Shown: in pieces, positions 51,388 to 62,619 of the stretch
Layout of the letters: the number at the start of each line of letters is the position of its first letter
Position numbering within the stretch: the first letter of the stretch is position 1
From: Lepidodermella squamata
Lineage: Eukaryota; Animalia; Gastrotricha
DNA length: 64,000 nt
Assembly: GCA_047495785.1 (NCBI GenBank)
Contig: JBLDXI010000002.1
Coordinates: forward strand, 1,240,001 to 1,304,000
Reading direction: 5' to 3'
The notes under the pieces: generated by a model
What the model was told of the DNA's origin: nothing
What the model saw: the letters and a program-made list of their open reading frames with translations, nothing else
Databases searched by the model: none
Made by a program: the position numbers and the translations under genes

Positions 51388-52528
51388 ACCGCTCAATCAT
51401 ATAGTGCTTGAAAATAAGCATAAAATTAGTTGACTCCTCGTACTAATTGTAATTTAAAACGAAGAATAAAACGTCTCCCTTCTCTGTTTGTCTTCATTTT
51501 CTAATTACGGGGAGAAAAATAAATCATCAAGAAATTCCCTGGACCTTGCTGATGGGATGGAATGAGCTGTGATTCCTCTGGAAGGTCCAAGAAACATACG
51601 TTCGAAAAAATCCGCCTGCTTATTGGTCAGTTGGTCGCATCCATGAATCCGCCTTACTACTACTGATGCTACAGAAAAATCTTGTGATCCATGAAGGTTT
51701 TGCAACAAATTTGTTTTTTTTTTTCATGTAGTAGCAAGGCTATACGGCACTGACCGATGAGCGTGCAGACTTTTTTCCAACTTACAACACCACACACTAG
51801 GAACTTCATTTCACATCTACCCAGCTTGCTTCAAAAACAGCTGACGTTTTACATTTGGGAAAATTATAACCGTTGTTATTTTATCGTTGAGCGGAATTAA
51901 TTATCGGGATAGAAGCTGTCGTAGTAAGCTAGCTGGCCATGTCATTGCGCTGAGAGCCGCTATCTAGCTTTGTTTTCACGGTTGCATGCTGCTTATGGCA
52001 TCATGAAGTCGAGCAACTTGCTTTATACGGGCCTACGCTCTCACATGAAGCTCAACATCAGCTTACTTGATTCGGCACTAAAAACATGCATTACAGCAGG
52101 GTTTAGCTTCTTTCATTTTGGGTAAATGACGCCAGATCCTCTGTCATTTCTGACATTTTTTATCTGTTGTCTTTTTACGGAATATAAAGCTGGGCCGCTG
52201 GCTGGAATATATTAGGTTGCTGAAGTCTCTTGTCTCACTTTCGCATGACTTGGAACTTGAAAAATAGAGCCAAAGATAGTGCCAAAAAATCAGCAACATA
52301 TTTTATTACAAAAGATAATCTCAACGTCAAAAACAATGTTGTTGATATTATAGTAAAATCTTTACCGCTAAATAAAATTGGTTCTAAAACTAAGAATGAG
52401 TCTAAAGACAGCATGCTTTACAAAATAAGGACCGAACAGATTTTATGATAAATCACCTTTACATTGTCCCAAAAAATCACGCGGTTTCAAATAATTCAAA
52501 CGGGATTGGGTACAATTAATTTTAATAT

Positions 52529-55500
52529 CTAATGTTTTTTCTGAACTGGCGCAGCTGCGTGGGATGGTTGCTTCGATTGCCCGTGGGCGTTCCCACCGCC
52601 ATTGTGATGAGTTGGTTGACCATGACTTGGAGCTGGAGCAGGGTGTCCAACCGAGCCGTGATGATTCGAGGCTCCTTGGTTGTGAGACGAGTTTCCATGG
52701 CCCTGGAATGAATTGTGCTGGAGTATAGAGCCTTGGTGGTTCGCCGGAGCTTGGGTGTGGTGTTGCGTTGAGTTGCCATGCCCCTTCGGTTCATGGTGAT
52801 TTCCCGGGAAAGGATCGTGCTGACCCTGGTATGAATTGTGCTGGAGTATAGAGCCTTGATGGTTCGACGGAGCTTGGCTATGCTGCTGCGTTGAATTGCC
52901 ATGTCCCTTATTTTCATGGCGATTTCCCGGGAAAGGATCGTGCTGAATGAGGGAGCCGTGATTTAACGGCTGACTATGGCCAACTGGTGCTTGATTATGG
53001 TGCTGCGTTGAAGCCCCGTGGTTTCCATGGCCCGCATTCCCTCTACCCCCGGGTAAAGGATCGTAATGAGCATCAGCGCCATGGTTGGGCTGTACCGGGT
53101 GTTTAGGAGCATGAGTTTCCAGAGGTTCGTGTCTTAAACTCGGTTTACCAGCCGCATGGTTACTGGGCGGTTGGGGCAAGCTAGATTTGTAGGGATTGTA
53201 AGGCATTAAGCTGGAATCATGCAGAACATGGTTGTTATTGTCGCCCGTATACGATCGTGTCACCTCCGTCCCGCGACCAGCAAACGAATACGCAGCGCCC
53301 TGATTATCTTGGCGAAGGTGCTCACCGTACGTACCCAGGCCTCCTGCTGGTTTGTAAAACGGGTCACTCAAAAACATTTGCTCATTCCGAACAGGGATTG
53401 GTGAGGGCCCTTGAACCAAACTACTCTCAGAATTCACGCGTCTGATCCGTGCAGAGGTTGCATGCTTCGCTTTATCAGGGTCAATACTTCGCGATGGGAC
53501 AACCATGTCATTTTGGTAGAACACATCGTAAATCTGTCGAAAAAAATCAAGGTAAAATATCCCAAAAATATAGTTTATTCTGATGAAGCAACAAAAAGCG
53601 GTTGCACAGTTGGAAAGGCGTCGTAAAAATCATAATGAAAATAGCAACTCGAAATCAATAGCAGTGAAAGAACATAATGCATGCCAGTGAAAGAGTTCGG
53701 AAGTTATTTTTTTAGCTAATATGGAGCAGGCCGAGTCTCGAGCGATCAAATTCGCTGAGATCTTCGACAGGCGGCGGCCGGCGCCGTCTGAAATCCGCGG
53801 GTTTACTATCCTTCTCCTCGGGCTGCTCAATAGCATTCGGCGGCTTTTTAAGACGGAAATCAAGGTCGAAATAAGAATCGGTCGATTTAGCTGCAGAACA
53901 CAACTCATCGGTCTAGAAAAGCCACGAAAATCATAAAATCAGAAGGGAAATCACTCAACAAAAACGGGCAATTCAACGAAACAAAAAGCTGGCAAAGTTG
54001 CTCGCTTACCGAAGATTTCGAATTCTGGGCATCACGGAGACGAGATTTGAACGGAGGCGAATGTATGGTCAACTTTGGCGGGCTTGCTCCTGGCCCTTTT
54101 CGGCCCCAAAATTCGTTTTGCGTATCATAATGCTGGTTAGCCTCCTGCCGTTCGCGAACATGGTCCAGAGATACGCGTCGATCCTTTTCTTCAACTTGCT
54201 TCTTCAAATCTTCAAAATACTTCTGGCGTATAGGAATCTCAACTTGCGGATGAATATCTCTCTGAAAGTTCGTAAAAATTGTTCGAGAGCTTCGAAAATC
54301 TTATATCGAACTTACGACTTCAGGTTTCGTAATATCTGTCGAAGCTAGTGGGGTTCCAACAATGAATCCCGTTTGAGGATTGCGTTTGACCTTCCCAACT
54401 TTGGCTCGATCGACGATTTCAGCAAAATTATCGCACTATAGTAGAAAGTTCAAAGAAAATCCCAGGGAAGTGTGGAAATTTTACATCAGCTTTATCCAAA
54501 TAAACCCATTCGCCTTTGATCATTTGATGCTCTTTGATTGCTTCCTCTGCAAGTATAAGAATAGCTTAAAACTGGCTCTTTTTGACTTCGAGCTTTACTT
54601 ACTGAGCTCACTAAGGTAAACATTGTTCGACCAACTCTTCTGCTTCTCAGCGACAGGATCCTAAATCAGAATTGTGAAAAGGCCAGCGGAGAAAATGGCA
54701 ACTTACATGAACTCCGGGACGGGGAATCCGAGTTATCACGTTTCCTCTTTCGTCCCTCCTCGGAGCCCCGGCTCCAGGCTTGCCAAAAGGATCGTAAGGC
54801 GTGAACTTCTCATCGGCCATAACTTCATAGACAGTTTCTGAAAAACAGAAATACAGCTTAATAACAACAGGAATCTTTTCCTAGGAACAGATAGACATGA
54901 GGTGACTAATTTTCTAACTATTTTGGGGTTACACAACATGAATCTTAACCCATAGCTGGCGCAGATCGAACATGATCTTTCCCAAGATAGAAAGTTCCTG
55001 AAAAATCATTAGGGGCTGATAATTTACGAATCATTAGGGTGAAAGTGATCACATCACGTAGTGATTAAGTGACTTACGGCCAAACTGATCTGAAATGGCA
55101 TGCATCTTACTGCCTCGCTTATTTTTCGCGCGTTCCATCTCACGCTCGTGCTCCCCGCTATCTTCCGTCGAGCCATACAACACAGCTATGCCATTCTGCA
55201 GATTTGAATGCCGATGCCGCTTTATGTTACCCTCAGCGTCCCTTTCCGGGGCACTTTTCCCAAACGGGTCGTAAACCTCCTGTTCGGGCTGGATATGCTG
55301 CGTAAACTTCATTCGACCCTGCAACGGGTCATGCACGCGATTCTTCTCGCCGAATTCAAACGTCCCGCCATGCTGCGTTTCCAACTTCAAATCGCGCTGT
55401 TTCTCCTGCGTAAGTCTTACAACCTTCTGAAAATACTGATCGTCCAACTCGCGTCTGTACTGATCGACTTTATTCTGATCTCGATGGATAGGCGGGATTG

Positions 55501-56159
55501 CGTTGAGAAACGTTCGTTTTCCAACAATATTCGCTTGCATTATCAAATCGTCGTGTTGAATTTTTCCGGTTATAACTGCGCCTCGCTCGTCACGAAGCGG
55601 CGCCCCGGCGCCAGGCTGGCCGAAACGGTCCAAGAATCCTATTTCGTCTTGACTGTAAGATTGTGAAACTTTCGTAGGCTTATGATGTTCGTCCATACGA
55701 AAATTCTCGGTCGGGGCGACGCGACTTTTCTCAGATGAAGGTAGCTCAAAGTTGTTACTCGCAAAGCCCCAGCCTCTTCTTCGCTGTAACACAAAAATAT
55801 GAGAAATATTAGAAAAAATCTAAATACAGAGAGAATAAGCGAGAAATTAAAGGTAAAACTAAAATTGAGGTTCTCAGTATCTACTATCTAAGATAAGATC
55901 ACACGTGAACCTTGTTGCTTTCAGTTGGAGCCCCTGCTCCCGGTTTTCCGAAAGGATCCCAAGGCTTGAAACGGACCTGGAGTCAAAATCGTGAGGTTTT
56001 TGTTGTGTGCTCGTGACGAAAATGAAAATTTCAGTAAAACCAACTTACCCTCTCTTCGAGTTCAGCATTTTCTAGACGAGCTTGTCTCTGCTCCTCTAGC
56101 ATTCGCTTTTGAGCGATTTGTTCGCTCTCCTGGCGCCATTGAGCGATATCAAGAGCCAT
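52529..56159 (-). CDS. CSPP1/CCDC66-like centrosomal/ciliary coiled-coil protein with His/Gly/Asn/Gln-rich C-terminal repeats, multi-exon
   Basis: Repeated WDPFGKPGAGAP, DRFGQPGAGAPLRDERG and FWGRKGPGA motifs (cf. CSPP1 PWGKGGGGAPLRD). Also Y..EL..Q and LKKQVEEK coiled-coil units, joined by many ~50-nt introns. Confidence 0.6.
52700..53065 (-). repeat. Coding tandem repeat (~123-nt / 41-aa unit HDPFPGN..E.KGHGNSTQ.H.QAP.NHQGSILQHNS)
   Basis: Two near-identical units and one diverged unit in the last exon. Confidence 0.85.
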
Positions 56160-56284
56160 TTTAATAAATTCCTAAAAAATAAAGCACATAAATTAGTTAC
56201 AACGACGATTTTACTCCGTTTTTTGACGAAATCATTCATTTTAGTAATACTGATTAGTTTTTATGTGTATTGCAGGTTATGAGA

Positions 56285-58012
56285 TCAATTTTGAGCCACT
56301 AAAGCCGTGGCAGTCAAAGCTCGGCGTAACGTAGCCAGCAATAAATTAGAGTCGGATTGATTAGCCAGAGAAGCAGCGACTTTGGAGATAGCAGCGTGGG
56401 TTGTTTGAAGATCTCCCAATTGATCGGCTAACGACGCCATATTGAAAGCTGGCTCATACAAATGCGGTGCGAGAGACGTAGCAGAGTGGAAACACGTTCG
56501 AGCCATTTCGACGACTTTACTCTTAGCCGAGTTGATGTTAACCCCGCCACCACGTTGAAGCTCAAGAACTCCGAGGTTATTCAACGCCTCGGCATGATCC
56601 GGGTTGAAAGCGAGAGCTAGACGTAAGCAGCGTTGAGCTAAAACAGCATCTCCAACTCCGAGGGCAACATGCGAAACATTATACCAAACATCAGCAGCGT
56701 CGACGTCATTACTAGCCTGAGCAATGGCTCGCTCAAAGCAAGATAAAGCCAACTCGCGATGTCCGGAATAAAAACAGCACAACCCAGCGTTATTGAATAA
56801 CTCGGGCGTGGTAGCACCCAAGCCACTCTGTAAGAGTCGACGGAACAGGCGAAGCGCTGACTCAGCTTGGCCTGTGTAAAAGCGATGCGTGGCAATAGTA
56901 GCTACAGCTTCAGCATTAATTCCATCTGCTTGAAGCACTTTCGTGAACAGAGAGACACTTGTATCCAGCTGACCCAGAGCTTCGTGAATTCGAGCAGCAG
57001 CAATGAGAAGTCTAGCATCATTTGGCCTGGTCGCGAGTGCTTCGTCAATGCATTTAATCGCAGCAGCAGGCTGGTCCATTCTACACAGAGCCCGAGATAA
57101 TAACAATCTTAGCTCATCAGTAGGAGAAGCTTCGTCATTCCAATTTCGCTCCTGAGACTCGGGGACAACGCTAGTCGGAGGTTTGCCTCGATTTCCCTGT
57201 TTATTGGCGGGAGACTCATTGGCCTTCCGTTGTTGCCCTCGCAACGCAGAGCGCAATTGTTGTTCAGCATCTCTAACTAGACCCATGCGTAGATAACATT
57301 TAGCAAGGTTCAATTTCCACACCCAATCTTGGAATTGAGCGTGCTTGGAAGCAGCGGCTGCTATTTCTAATGCATGACGAACATCGCCTTCTCGATAGAG
57401 AAAGAATTCAAACAAGGGCTTAGCTAGCCAAGATGTTGTAGCCTGTTTCGCGATTTCTCCGAGACCCCTGCCAAGTAAATCAGCCGCAGTGTCACCGACG
57501 GCTATTCCAGCGCCGACGAGAGACGCCGTTCCAAGACGTACAAAGCGACCCGTGGAGGAAGTGGCAGGTCGAGCAGTATGCAAGCTTCTTGCCGTTCGAA
57601 TGGCTTGCTCAACACTCTCACCACCCCTGCTAGCTTGAGGTCTAGCGAAGCCAGTCAATGGCCTTCCAGATGCAGTAACAGGTCTCAGTGCTCGGTTTGC
57701 AGAAGCAGTTGGAGGTGCTCTAAGTGAAGTACCAGGACGTGGAACTTGAGCTGTCGCAGTATCATCCAAAGTTTGATCACCAATCGGAGCTTCACTAGCT
57801 TCATCAAGTTCACATTCATCGACAACGTGTGGCTCAGTCAAAGCGCGTAACTTGAGCACAAAAGCTGCTTGATCGCGATTGTTTTTCGCAAGAAGTTCAT
57901 TGCAAATAGCAAGCGTCTCTTTGAACTTGCGCTCCCGAAAGTACGTCATTGCCATATACAGAGGATCAACTCCAGGCAAGATCAGGCGCTGAGGAGGCAA
58001 TACGGCGGCCAT
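56285..58012 (-). CDS. TTC8: Tetratricopeptide repeat protein 8 / BBSome subunit BBS8, intronless
   Basis: DPLYMAMTYFR, VPRPGTSLRAP, RPVTASGRPLTGFARP, TARPATSSTGRFVRLGTAS, WVWKLNLAKCYLRMG, ADVWYN, HAEALNNLGVLE, PHLYEP. Confidence 0.95.
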   Translation of the reverse strand: MAAVLPPQRLILPGVDPLYMAMTYFRERKFKETLAICNELLAKNNRDQAAFVLKLRALTEPHVVDECELDEASEAPIGDQTLDDTATAQVPRPGTSLRAPPTASANRALRPVTASGRPLTGFARPQASRGGESVEQAIRTARSLHTARPATSSTGRFVRLGTASLVGAGIAVGDTAADLLGRGLGEIAKQATTSWLAKPLFEFFLYREGDVRHALEIAAAASKHAQFQDWVWKLNLAKCYLRMGLVRDAEQQLRSALRGQQRKANESPANKQGNRGKPPTSVVPESQERNWNDEASPTDELRLLLSRALCRMDQPAAAIKCIDEALATRPNDARLLIAAARIHEALGQLDTSVSLFTKVLQADGINAEAVATIATHRFYTGQAESALRLFRRLLQSGLGATTPELFNNAGLCCFYSGHRELALSCFERAIAQASNDVDAADVWYNVSHVALGVGDAVLAQRCLRLALAFNPDHAEALNNLGVLELQRGGGVNINSAKSKVVEMARTCFHSATSLAPHLYEPAFNMASLADQLGDLQTTHAAISKVAASLANQSDSNLLLATLRRALTATALVAQN

Positions 58013-58327
58013 TCGTTCAGATAGCGTAAGTGCAAACTTCAGTAAGCTAGAAAGTCAAGCTCACTTTTGGTGCTTAAAAAACATATCGCAGCCAATGAAT
58101 TTCGAAAAATGCGTCCGTAGTAACCAAAAATCGTCCTTGAATCATAATATTTTTATTTTTTCAAATTTTTTATTTTTAAATTTTCCGATGATTAACTCAA
58201 TTTTATATAGCTTAGCGTCTTTAGCAACCGCGCCGCGCTGCGTTGCGGTTTCTCGTATTACGTTTTTCGATTCCGAGTTATCGATTGAGCTCATCGAAAT
58301 ATTCAAGTGTGACTAAACCGTAATTTC

Positions 58328-58690
58328 AGGTATCCAGTACCATGTTGGAGAGGCCGTGTTTACAGTGCTCTCAGTGGTAACATATCACCGGTCTAATTTG
58401 TTGTTCATCTTGGTCGAGCGCGAGTTACCCTACCGAAGCTGTTGTCTGAAGAACTTGCTAACATCAACAGTGCTATACGTGTTCGCCATGACCACAACTA
58501 TGATGGTCGTTTCTCAGCTGAAGAATACCCGATCCTTCCGGAATCGATAACCTGCCTGGATGATATAACTCGTTTGAGGGAAGTGGCTGCTGATCGTGAG
58601 TGTTGGAAGAAGGTGGTGGATGTTGCGGTCTCCTTTGGAGAGCAGTGAAATTTTTTCAAAACATGAACACTATTACTACTGCTACTAGCA
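58328..58690 (+). mobile_element. RTE-like non-LTR retrotransposon 3' fragment
   Basis: GRARVTL...L..EL...LREVAADRECWKKVV matches the RTE/L2-type ORF2 C-terminal GRP..T / A.DR..W motif. An (ACT)n-like tail follows. Confidence 0.55.
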
Positions 58691-59793
58691 GTGGCCACGA
58701 ATGACCTACAAATGAACGTATGCTAGAGATTGTTGTTCTTAATTTTGATCGATCAACATCTTGCGCCTTCTTTGGTTTTTCATTGCTTTCCAGTCTGTTC
58801 TCCGATCTAGCAGCTATTTTGTATTGGTTCCCAGTTCCTAATCAATTTCTCTTAATTAAGGGTTCATCTTTACAGGATGCAGGATCTCTTATATAGGGAA
58901 TAAGAATCTTTCGGATGGATTTAGGGATGGGCTTTAACTGGTCCTCAGTCAAATTTCTCGCCGGCAAACAAGCACTTCCTTTGCATTCTTCGCTTGTGTC
59001 TTGTGTCAAAAGTCTTGTTACTGCAGTGAATGGCGATTCGCGATTGAATTGGTATCATAAACAAGCCTTCATATCGCGCATTCGTAACTCAATTCACAAA
59101 CTTTCAATTCACAATTCACATGCTTCACAAACAACATTTCCTGAATTTATAGACTTAGCCATCTCATTCGACGCTGCTAGAACTGCAAGAAGTTGATAGA
59201 GCGAAATGTTGATTCGATATGCCTGGTATTTTAGTGGTGGACCTCATAACCCTCATGACTCATCTTCATTATATTGCTCTTTTTCAGTATCAACTATGAA
59301 AGGGTGCTCACAAATTCTGATACAGTTTACGCAGTCATTGTTATTCTTCACCGTTCTTCATGAATGCATGCGACATGCGGCATCAGATCTCGCGAGTCTA
59401 GAGCTACGAAACACCGTGAAGTTTGACGTTTTGCTAATCACGATGTGACTGCGGACTATTCGATATATTGTAACGTCTGATGAGTTAATTATCAATATAG
59501 GTGAAATACAATGCGAATTACATTTAATTTGGAAAAATTCGTTCCATCGCGCAATAACTGCTTGCTACTTGACCGGTTAAATTCTGCTTACATTCGCCAA
59601 CGGAGACCTCATAATTCCCCTAACTTCAAAATCTGGGAGAAATATATGAATCTGATCTAAGATCTAATCCTTTTTGGCGTTATCTCATGGCTTTTAGAAA
59701 GACCATAATTTCCATTAATTCGAATGAGTCAATCATCTATCTACCCGAATTTTCATACTTTTAGATCATTTAAAGACCTGTGTCATCTTTGAC

Positions 59794-60391
59794 ATGACTG
59801 ATAGCCAGGAAGTGAAAACGGAATCGCAGAAAGACGCAACAGAAAATGGGCATGCGAATAATTCGGATGAAGAAGACGATGATGATGATGGCGATGAAGA
59901 GGAATCATCTTCCGAGGATGAACGCAAAGCCCCACTACAGCTTCTCGTCGAAACCGTCGCTGCTCTCGTGCGAAAAGAATACAATGTAAGCTTGATGATA
60001 AACGTGTTGTTTACTCGTATCACGTGAAAAAAACCTGCTCACCACGACTCACATGAGCGGAGGCGTAAAAGATAGATAGCGAAAGACAAATAATTGAGTT
60101 CACTCTATAAGACAACGCAGATATATCTATGTAATTTATGCGTAATTTTTACAGACTGCACGCAAATTATGCCAGATGATTCTGTTGTATGAACCTAACC
60201 ACGAACGAGCCAACCAGCTGATGGCGCTCATCGACGAGCAGCAGCGTCTAGCTCAAGAAGCTGAAAATGAAGATGAAAATGACGATGAAGATGGTGATTC
60301 ATCATCGGATGATGATTCATCCGATTCCAGTGATGATAACTCCGGCGATGATTCTGACAGTAGTGATACTTCAAGCTCAGATGAAACGTGA
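59794..60391 (+). CDS. ERICH2: Glutamate-rich protein 2; exons 59794-59985 and 60155-60391
   Basis: Acidic tracts flank APLQLLVETVAALVRKEYN|TARKLCQMILLYEPNHERA, which matches the ERICH2 core (APLEL...Y.LAKKLCQMILIYEPEN). Confidence 0.8.
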
Positions 60392-60759
60392 GTTCTAATA
60401 ATTTTGGGCTATTTCAATCGGCAAATTATGATAATAATTTAAAAAGGTCTTCTTCAAGTGCAACAGCTTCAAAATCGGTAGCAACTCATCCGGCGGTTCA
60501 AAGGCCGCTTTCGACATCTAAATAATGTCTATCGCAAATGAGATTATCTCAGCGGTCTTTCTTTCGCTGCAAAATTAAACTCGATTATAAATCTACCTGT
60601 ATTATCTGTGATATTAAGCATCATGTGATAAATAAATAAAAATAATCAGTTTTATTGAAATGCCAAGTCAAAGTCGATTTTTGATTGTCATATGATATAA
60701 TTAATAGCTACGCTGTGAAAGAAATTTGAGGGTTTTGTGATCACAAACAAGGCTCAAGT

Positions 60760-61259
60760 TGTCAATTTCGGACACCTAATAACAACAATATCCGGGGAAA
60801 TCTTTCCGAAATTTCCGTAATTTAATTCAATTATCTGATTTTTGGCAAGCCGTGAACCTTTTTGGAAATTCTAAAAATTCCGAAAATTTTTGAATTCAAA
60901 ATGGGGACACCGCAAATTTAGGTTTCCAGCACCAAATTTGAGGATTTCCTGCTAATTTTTTCCTGAAATACGGAATTTCAAAATATAAAATTCCAGCGTT
61001 ATAAAACTATTATCGTCCATGAAAGAAATAGTCGTAGGCTCAAAAAATTGGAAAATTCAGCGCTGATACTTTAATTTTTCAAATTTTATGACCGATGATT
61101 TGAGACTGACAAATTTAAAATATTGAAAAATTCACTGGTAGAAAATTAATAATTTTAAATAATTTTAAAATTTTAAAATAATTTAAATCAAACATTTGAA
61201 TAAATATTTTTCTAAATATATTCCAAATATTATCCTAGTTAAAGTGTCCGAAATTAACA
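60760..61259. mobile_element. Possible ~500-bp MITE with short inverted termini
   Basis: tgtcaatttcggacac (~60760) pairs with gtgtccgaaattaaca (~61244-61259). AT-rich interior. Confidence 0.4.
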
Positions 61260-61314
61260 GAATCAATAGTAAAATTGTAATATCACAGGGTTAAATTGTG
61301 GAAATTACTCCATG

Positions 61315-62061
61315 TTACATAAGTTCATAATTTGATTTTGAAGCTTCACGAGCTTCCGCAGACATCCACACCGTTAAATTGTCCTGAATCTGCCGAATCA
61401 AAGTAACAGCTTCATTCAACGTAGCCTCGGCCATGTTATTCACGTGACCGATTTCCGAACACGCGCCTTCGAACGTCTCCCGGGCAATTTCAATCGCCTT
61501 ATTCCGCGAACCCATGACAAGCTCCAGAAACGTTGAATAGGCCAAAACCAGGCCCAACCGGGTTATACTAGCTGGTCTCAGCTTTGAACTCGCGAGTAAA
61601 AACGCCTGTTCATAGGCCTGATTCGCCTTGTTAACGCTATCAAGCGATGATTTAGCATCGAATTGTATGACGTATCGCAAGTGGTCGGCTTTTGTTTTCA
61701 GGTAAAAAATCGTCGCTTCAATGCCGAGTTGTTGTTGTTGCTGCTCGGTTGTAGCCAGATGGTCATCGATCGCTTTGATTAAATCACGGCTGATGCGCAC
61801 AACTTCAAGCTCAATTTGCGAGCGATAACTCAGCGCAGCGTCATTATCATCGATAATTTCTTTGTTAAGGCGATCGATGGCGAAAAATCGCGAGTTTAAC
61901 ACGTTACGATGCGCGATTGCGACCATGGTTCGCTCTTCCTGGCTCAATTGATGCGTGCCGAGGCGCAGCAATTGCCGCATAAAATCGGCCATATCGTCGA
62001 ATCGCTCGCTTTCGAAGGCTAATTTCGCTTTTAAAACCAACATATTCGAGCGAGTTGGCAT
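61315..62061 (-). CDS. Divergent, intronless 14-3-3-like protein (248 aa)
   Basis: AKLAFESERFDDM, LSQEER, FYLKTKADHLRY, RLGLVL, A.E.FE.A, DNLTVW. Confidence 0.9.
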   Translation of the reverse strand: MPTRSNMLVLKAKLAFESERFDDMADFMRQLLRLGTHQLSQEERTMVAIAHRNVLNSRFFAIDRLNKEIIDDNDAALSYRSQIELEVVRISRDLIKAIDDHLATTEQQQQQLGIEATIFYLKTKADHLRYVIQFDAKSSLDSVNKANQAYEQAFLLASSKLRPASITRLGLVLAYSTFLELVMGSRNKAIEIARETFEGACSEIGHVNNMAEATLNEAVTLIRQIQDNLTVWMSAEAREASKSNYELM

Positions 62062-62178
62062 TTTTCGTAAAATTATCTGAAAAATTGAAAAAAATTGAAA
62101 TAAATCGCAGGAAAATGGGATGAAGCAAAAATTTTCGAAAAAAAATGCGAAAAATCAAGATTTTTTTAAATAAAATTC

Positions 62179-62619
62179 GTACTCCGACAACCGAGATCAC
62201 GGCAACTGAGACCGGACAACCGAGACCAAAATATAAATAAATAAGTTTAATTTTGATAACCGAGACTCCGACAACCGAGACACCGACAACTGAGACCAAA
62301 TAATTATAAAATATTTGATTAAAATAGAATGGCCACTTGTGAATATACTTTACAGGTTAGGGTTAGGGTTAGGGTTAGGGTTGGGTTGGGGGTCTTAATA
62401 TGCTGAATATGTATAATTCAGCTCTAAACTAGCTACGTGATCAAAATGTTTAAATTTAAAATTTAAAATAAATTATATTATATTTGGTCTCAGTTGTCGG
62501 CGTCTCGGTTTTCGGAGTCTCGGTTAGCAAAAATAAAATTATTTATTTATATTTTGGTCTCGGTTGTCCGGTCTCAGTTGTCGTTTTCTCGGTTGTCGGG
62601 TTTCAGTTGTCGTAGAACC
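62179..62619. mobile_element. Foldback/MULE-type MITE with modular inverted arms, internal telomere-like repeat and 9-bp TSD (ATAAAATTC)
   Basis: Arms made of ~15-bp ccgacaac(c/t)gagac units at ~62180-62300 are mirrored at ~62480-62619. ataaaattc occurs at both 62170-62178 and 62620-62628. Confidence 0.85.
62357..62390 (+). repeat. Interstitial telomeric-type repeat (TTAGGG)4 followed by (TTGGG)2
   Basis: ttagggttagggttagggttagggttgggttggg. Confidence 0.9.

Noticed and set aside
61904-62299. 131-aa ORF overlapping the 14-3-3 start
   Set aside because: Derived from the MITE arm repeats (VSVVG units) and an AT-rich spacer.
62357-62390. True telomere or chromosome-fusion scar
   Set aside because: Only four perfect units, in one orientation, embedded in a MITE.
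62180-62619. Repeated 15-bp units resembling a CRISPR array
   Set aside because: No unique spacers, the units are arranged as inverted arms with a TSD, the context is eukaryotic, and there are no cas genes.
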